A stretch of DNA of 52,730 nucleotides. Source: Minisyncoccota bacterium (GTDB lineage Bacteria > Patescibacteriota > Minisyncoccia > Phycocordibacterales > UBA9973). The DNA lies in NCBI GenBank assembly GCA_035550535.1, contig DASZOX010000036.1, positions 1 to 52,730 of the forward strand, in the 5' to 3' direction. Both the position numbers and the translations under genes were made by a program. The notes under the pieces are model-generated. The model made no database searches, had not been told where the DNA came from, and saw nothing but the letters and a program-made list of their open reading frames with translations. Shown in pieces: positions 46,289 through 52,730 of the stretch; position 1 is the stretch's first letter, and each line of letters starts with the position of its first letter.

Positions 46289-47695
46289 TTACAATTTCTG
46301 GTCGCGCACGCGCTCAAGCACTTCGCCAAGTGCAAAGAGGGTTTCCTCACTGTGCCGCGCACCAATGAATTGAAATCCGATTGGAAGCCCTTTTTCATCC
46401 ACACCGCTGGGGACTGAGAGCGCAGGGTGCTGCGCAATGTTTGCCGGCACCGTGAAGAGATCTGAAAGATACATGGCGACCGGATCTTTCACCTTTTCTC
46501 CGATCTCAAAAGCGGTCGTAGGAGTAGTGGGAGTTATGATTGCATCATAATCGGTAAGGACTGCTTCAAGCTCGCGGCGAATGAGCCCGCGAAGTGCAAC
46601 GGCTTTTGTATAAAACGCATCGTAGTAGCCGTGCGAAAGGACATAGGTACCGAGTAGTATGCGCCGTCGCACCTCTTTGCCGAAGCGCGCTCCACGAGTC
46701 GCACCGTAGAGCGCGTGCATGGTCTCTCCCGCTTCGCGCGGACCATAGCGCACCCCATCAAAACGTGCGAGATTTGACGACGCTTCCGCGGTCATGATGA
46801 TGTAGTAGACTGCGAGTGCATCACCAAAATGCGGAAGGTCCACTTCTTCTACGACGAAACCTTCTTTTTTGAACTCGGCTACACGCTGCGCAAAGTTTTC
46901 TTGGACTGCTTTGTCGCACCCACCTTGGTCGAATATACCGCGCGGGAGAGCAAGACGTTTCTTGAGCGGTGCTGGAGGAGTATTCTTTTTCTCAAGAGAA
47001 GTACTGTCGAGCGCTTCATGCGAGGCAATCGCCTCGTAGAGAATGCGCACGTCGGCAACAGAGTGTGCAAATGGACCAATACTATCCAGTGAGGAAGCAA
47101 GTGCCATGAGCCCGTGACGGCTCACTGATCCGTACGTCGGATACAGTCCTACGAGTCCGCAAAATGCTGCCGGTTGCCTGATCGACCCACCAGTATCACT
47201 TCCAAGAGAGACGACTGCATAATTCGCCGCGACCGCCGCAGCACTGCCTCCAGAAGAGCCGCCGGGGACACGCGTGGGATCGAGTGGATTGTGGGTGACA
47301 CCGTATGCTGAATTTTCGGTACTCGAGCCCATAGCAAATTCATCCATGTTGGTCCTGCCAATAATGATCGCGCCCATTTTTTTGAGCTGTGCGATCACTG
47401 TCGCGTCGTAGCTTGCGACATAGCCTTCGAGTATGTTTGAAGAAGATCCCGCTCGATGTCCGGCAAAGAGTATGTTGTCTTTGATGGCGATAGGGATTCC
47501 TGTGAGGATGGTTGTCCCGCCACCGTCGAGCATACCCTCTGCATGCGTGATTTGCTCAGCAACATCATCGTAGAGCTCGCGAAATACATTATAGGTGTCA
47601 GCAGCAGCGCGCATCACGTAGTCATCTACGAGCGCACGGATACCAATTTCGCGACTGATTATTTTTTTGTGCAATGTTTCGATAGAGTCGCGCAT
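46289..47695 (-). CDS. gatA: Glutamyl/aspartyl-tRNA amidotransferase subunit A
   Basis: Amidase signature GGSSGGSAAAVA and GSDTGGSIRQPA, with gatC immediately upstream. Confidence 0.95.
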   Translation of the reverse strand: MRDSIETLHKKIISREIGIRALVDDYVMRAAADTYNVFRELYDDVAEQITHAEGMLDGGGTTILTGIPIAIKDNILFAGHRAGSSSNILEGYVASYDATVIAQLKKMGAIIIGRTNMDEFAMGSSTENSAYGVTHNPLDPTRVPGGSSGGSAAAVAANYAVVSLGSDTGGSIRQPAAFCGLVGLYPTYGSVSRHGLMALASSLDSIGPFAHSVADVRILYEAIASHEALDSTSLEKKNTPPAPLKKRLALPRGIFDQGGCDKAVQENFAQRVAEFKKEGFVVEEVDLPHFGDALAVYYIIMTAEASSNLARFDGVRYGPREAGETMHALYGATRGARFGKEVRRRILLGTYVLSHGYYDAFYTKAVALRGLIRRELEAVLTDYDAIITPTTPTTAFEIGEKVKDPVAMYLSDLFTVPANIAQHPALSVPSGVDEKGLPIGFQFIGARHSEETLFALGEVLERVRDQKL

Positions 47696-47698
47696 AGG

Positions 47699-47974
47699 TT
47701 ATTCGATTACTTTGGGAACCTCGACGTAGTGATCGCGATGGAGCGGTGCAGCTTCAATAAGGTCGTACTCACTCACAAGCGGTGCGACTGCATCATCGCG
47801 AAAGACGTTCTCTTTGTCGAGGATTGACTCTCCGCTCTCACCTTCTCGTGACTGAACAACGCCAACAAAGGCGACCATCGCATCGAGTTCACCCCCGAGC
47901 GTCGCGAGCTCGTCTTCGTCTATCGAAATGCGCGCCAAATCAGCGAGCTTTTTGAGTGCTTCTGCATCCAACAT
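47699..47974 (-). CDS. gatC: Glutamyl/aspartyl-tRNA amidotransferase subunit C
   Basis: 91-aa ORF with the LADLARISIDEDEL...RDD pattern, 3 nt upstream of gatA. Confidence 0.85.
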   Translation of the reverse strand: MLDAEALKKLADLARISIDEDELATLGGELDAMVAFVGVVQSREGESGESILDKENVFRDDAVAPLVSEYDLIEAAPLHRDHYVEVPKVIE

Positions 47975-48029
47975 AAGCTAACTATAGCAGAATAACTCAT
48001 TTCGGCATATTTTGACACGCACCGATTTT

Positions 48030-50547
<2,518 letters not shown>

Positions 50548-50563
<16 letters not shown>

Positions 50564-51177
50564 TTAGTAAGAATAATAGATTGCTGTTCGCTCTTGGGAC
50601 TCGTACCATTGAGCCAGCCAATCGTCGCAGTCACCAGAAGCTCTGGATCACCGGCTTTTGTCGTTATCGTTCGCATCGTAATGTAGCGTACAAATGACGT
50701 CGGAGAGGCGGGAGATGACGAATGCACATCACCGGGGGCATACCCATACATGCCGACATCTGCATAGTAAGAGAGCGGTGTGCACCCTTTCAAAGGGTTG
50801 GTGCCCGAACATGCCTTGACATGATCGCTATCACTCTGTGCATACGGATTGATTATACAACTTGCCTTTGAGTTATTTGTCGCATCACACGCGCTATAGG
50901 TGCTAAACCACCCATCCCATGTTTGCCCTGGTTGTTGCGCTGCAGTGTCTCGCGTATTTCTGATGTATTCGAGGGATTCTTGGAGGAGGTTGGTCGCGAC
51001 GATATCATTTTTGGAATAACGGATTGAGAAATAGCCGCCGGCGGTAAGCGTAAGGAGTGCGGCGATCGCAAGCGCGAGAATGAATATAGCAACCAACGTC
51101 TCTACCAGCGTGAAGCCGTCCTGTGGACAAGTTACACATCGTACATTGCACATTGAAAATAATTTTTTCATATACAT
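50548..51177 (-). CDS. Type IV pilin-like protein (prepilin N-terminal cleavage/methylation domain)
   Basis: PQDG|FTLVETLVAIFILALAIAAL. Confidence 0.75.
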
Positions 51178-51785
51178 TACGGTTGCGCCTCGGGCGTGCG
51201 CTGTGAGAGATAAGTCTGCACTGCAAACGGGAGCAACGTCCCATCTGGTACACTCGCGACTCCCTGTATCCTTATGATAACACTTGGTTGTTTGCCGTCA
51301 CCCGGCAATGCACCATCGACATAGAAATTGAAATTCTGGATATCAACCTCAGGAGCCGTGATGGCTTCCCACCCAGTCGAATTGCTGCCGTCGAGATCAC
51401 TTTTTTCGACCTGGATAACTCCTTTCCCATTTATCTTGACCCAACGATATTCGACATGTTTGTTTTCTCCGAGGGTACTATTGAGTGAGATTTCCGCATT
51501 CCCCTGTGTAGCTGCAATCGAGCAATTAGTATGTGGTGTCGTTCCACACGTGATGTCAGTCCCTGTGCGAATAGTGCGGCTCATTGATTCAATGGCAAAG
51601 TTGAGGTTATCCATGACGTTGCGCATCGCTTGCACTCGATGAGAAGCATCGTTGACTGTGTAGAGCGAGCCGATAAGCGCGAGTACCACGATCACAAAGA
51701 GCGTGAGCGATACCATGAGCTCAATGAGCGTGAAGCCGTCCTGCGGAAAAGTTGAGGGTATTTTCTTGTTTTCTTTGCGTTGCAT
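51177..51785 (-). CDS. Type IV pilin-like protein (prepilin N-terminal cleavage/methylation domain)
   Basis: PQDG|FTLIELMVSLTLFVIVVLAL. Confidence 0.8.
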   Translation of the reverse strand: MQRKENKKIPSTFPQDGFTLIELMVSLTLFVIVVLALIGSLYTVNDASHRVQAMRNVMDNLNFAIESMSRTIRTGTDITCGTTPHTNCSIAATQGNAEISLNSTLGENKHVEYRWVKINGKGVIQVEKSDLDGSNSTGWEAITAPEVDIQNFNFYVDGALPGDGKQPSVIIRIQGVASVPDGTLLPFAVQTYLSQRTPEAQP

Positions 51786-51821
51786 TTCTTTGTACCTACA
51801 AACTTTATAACTTTTTATTCC

Positions 51822-52556
51822 TTATTGCACGCTGATTTGCCCTGTATTCCATATTTCTACTGTGCGCTCGAGCCCTTTAGCTGACTGAAGGACAATCTTT
51901 GCATACGAAATATCACAGCGTTTGCCAGACGAAAACGAGCAGAGAAGTGCGTCAGGGTTGGGACGATCGAAGCTGATATCAATACGACTCCCTGGTGGGA
52001 GACAAGTCTCAGTACTTGTATTGTTATACTGGACACATATATCGCTCACCTTATCTGCGGTAGTAATGGCCACACTTTCCAGACATTCATTGTCAGTTGT
52101 TACGGTGCCACACTCGTCGCTATCGCTTTGGTTGTACACACCATAAGAAGGGTCTTGCGAGGAAGAAAAATTGTCGGCAAAGATAATAAATTGTCGATTG
52201 GAAGGTGTTGCCTTGGCGTTCGAATCAGTCGTCTGTGCATAATTTGAGAAGCTAATTCCATATCCGGGGAACGTTTTGCTCGAAAGATTCTGGGTACCGT
52301 CGAGAGTGCGCACACTGGTCGCATACACCTGTGCCTTACGGACACTCAAGGCGACTTCTTGTGCGAGATTGCGCACTGATACATTGGTGCTGAAATCGGA
52401 GTAGTTGAACAATACCACGCTTGAAATAATCGCGATGATAGCGACCACCACGAGCATCTCGATAAGCGTGAACCCAGCCCCTAGTGGGGTGCCCTCCTGC
52501 TGCGCCTGCCAGCGAGGAGAATGGTGAAAGGAGAATGGTGAAAGGAGTTTTCTCAT
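51822..52556 (-). CDS. Type IV pilin-like protein with a 27-aa leader (start moved to the ATG at 52554-52556)
   Basis: MRKLLSPFSFHHSPRWQAQQEGTPLGAG|FTLIEMLVVVAIIAIISS. The ORF-track extension to 52706 overlaps the prepilin peptidase frame. Confidence 0.75.
   Translation of the reverse strand: MRKLLSPFSFHHSPRWQAQQEGTPLGAGFTLIEMLVVVAIIAIISSVVLFNYSDFSTNVSVRNLAQEVALSVRKAQVYATSVRTLDGTQNLSSKTFPGYGISFSNYAQTTDSNAKATPSNRQFIIFADNFSSSQDPSYGVYNQSDSDECGTVTTDNECLESVAITTADKVSDICVQYNNTSTETCLPPGSRIDISFDRPNPDALLCSFSSGKRCDISYAKIVLQSAKGLERTVEIWNTGQISVQ
52515..52547. repeat. Tandem 14-nt direct repeat (2.4 copies) inside the pilin leader coding region
   Basis: The plus strand reads AGGAGAATGGTGAA AGGAGAATGGTGAA AGGAG. 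Confidence 0.9.
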
Positions 52557-52730
52557 ATCATTGGGAAAAAAGTTGCAAGCGTAATCCCCCACAACCCGAC
52601 AATAGCCGCTGCGATTATCAGAAATGGCGCGAACGGTATCTGACTTTTGAGCCGATACTTGCGACTGAGCGCAATGAGAAAAAGCCCCACGACACCCCCG
52701 ATCCAAAACGAGAGCAAAAACACCATATAC
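52553..52730 (-). CDS. Prepilin peptidase (A24 family), C-terminal fragment; 5' end lies outside the window
   Basis: It is not in the ORF track because only 59 codons are present. The frame reads YMVFLLSFWIGGVVGLFLIALSRKYRLKSQIPFAPFLIIAAAIVGLWGITLATFFPMI*. IPF(G/A)PFL is the conserved C-terminal motif. The stop TGA overlaps the pilin ATG (ATGA). Confidence 0.6.
   Translation of the reverse strand, partial: YMVFLLSFWIGGVVGLFLIALSRKYRLKSQIPFAPFLIIAAAIVGLWGITLATFFPMI

Overview
This 52.7 kb window is densely coding, and most genes lie on the minus strand. The gene content (many GT4 glycosyltransferases, archaeal-like membrane families, type IV pilin genes, GatCA, a short RF2, small hypothetical secreted proteins) suggests a small-genome uncultivated bacterium, possibly Patescibacteria/CPR-like; that placement is inference only. 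The main blocks are as follows. (1) 1-11.75 kb holds a tightly packed surface-glycan operon: flippase fragment, five GT4/GT1 genes, pyruvyl transferase, a 788-aa polytopic membrane protein, a deacetylase, a Dpm1-like GT2 and a small membrane protein. (2) 13.7-20.2 kb holds an OmpR/HK two-component system next to a MacAB/YknXYZ-type adaptor-ATPase-permease efflux module and two low-complexity secreted proteins. (3) 20.2-33.2 kb is an accessory-looking stretch with a UPF0104 membrane protein, an ICMT-family methyltransferase, a squalene/phytoene-synthase-like protein, a PNPOx-like protein, a P-loop kinase, hydrolases, an M23 peptidase, a strongly AT-rich two-gene islet and tRNA-Gln. (4) 33.2-50 kb holds housekeeping genes (pyrG, ftsEX, prfB, typA, DEAD-box helicase, nfi, a PBP-type carboxypeptidase, gatCA, ligA) and five more tRNAs. 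(5) 50-52.7 kb is a type IV pilin operon ending in a partial prepilin peptidase. The observations most worth a second look are listed here. Two genes are each broken by a 1-nt frame change at the identical 12-mer GGAAAAATCAAA. A tRNA-sized structured element duplicates the T-arm and acceptor 3' strand of the adjacent tRNA-Asp. A 14-nt tandem repeat sits in a pilin leader. The candidate GT-C-like membrane protein is paired with a polyprenyl-phosphate sugar synthase. I saw no CRISPR array, integrase, transposase or reverse transcriptase. All family calls come from motif recognition by eye and were not confirmed by any search.
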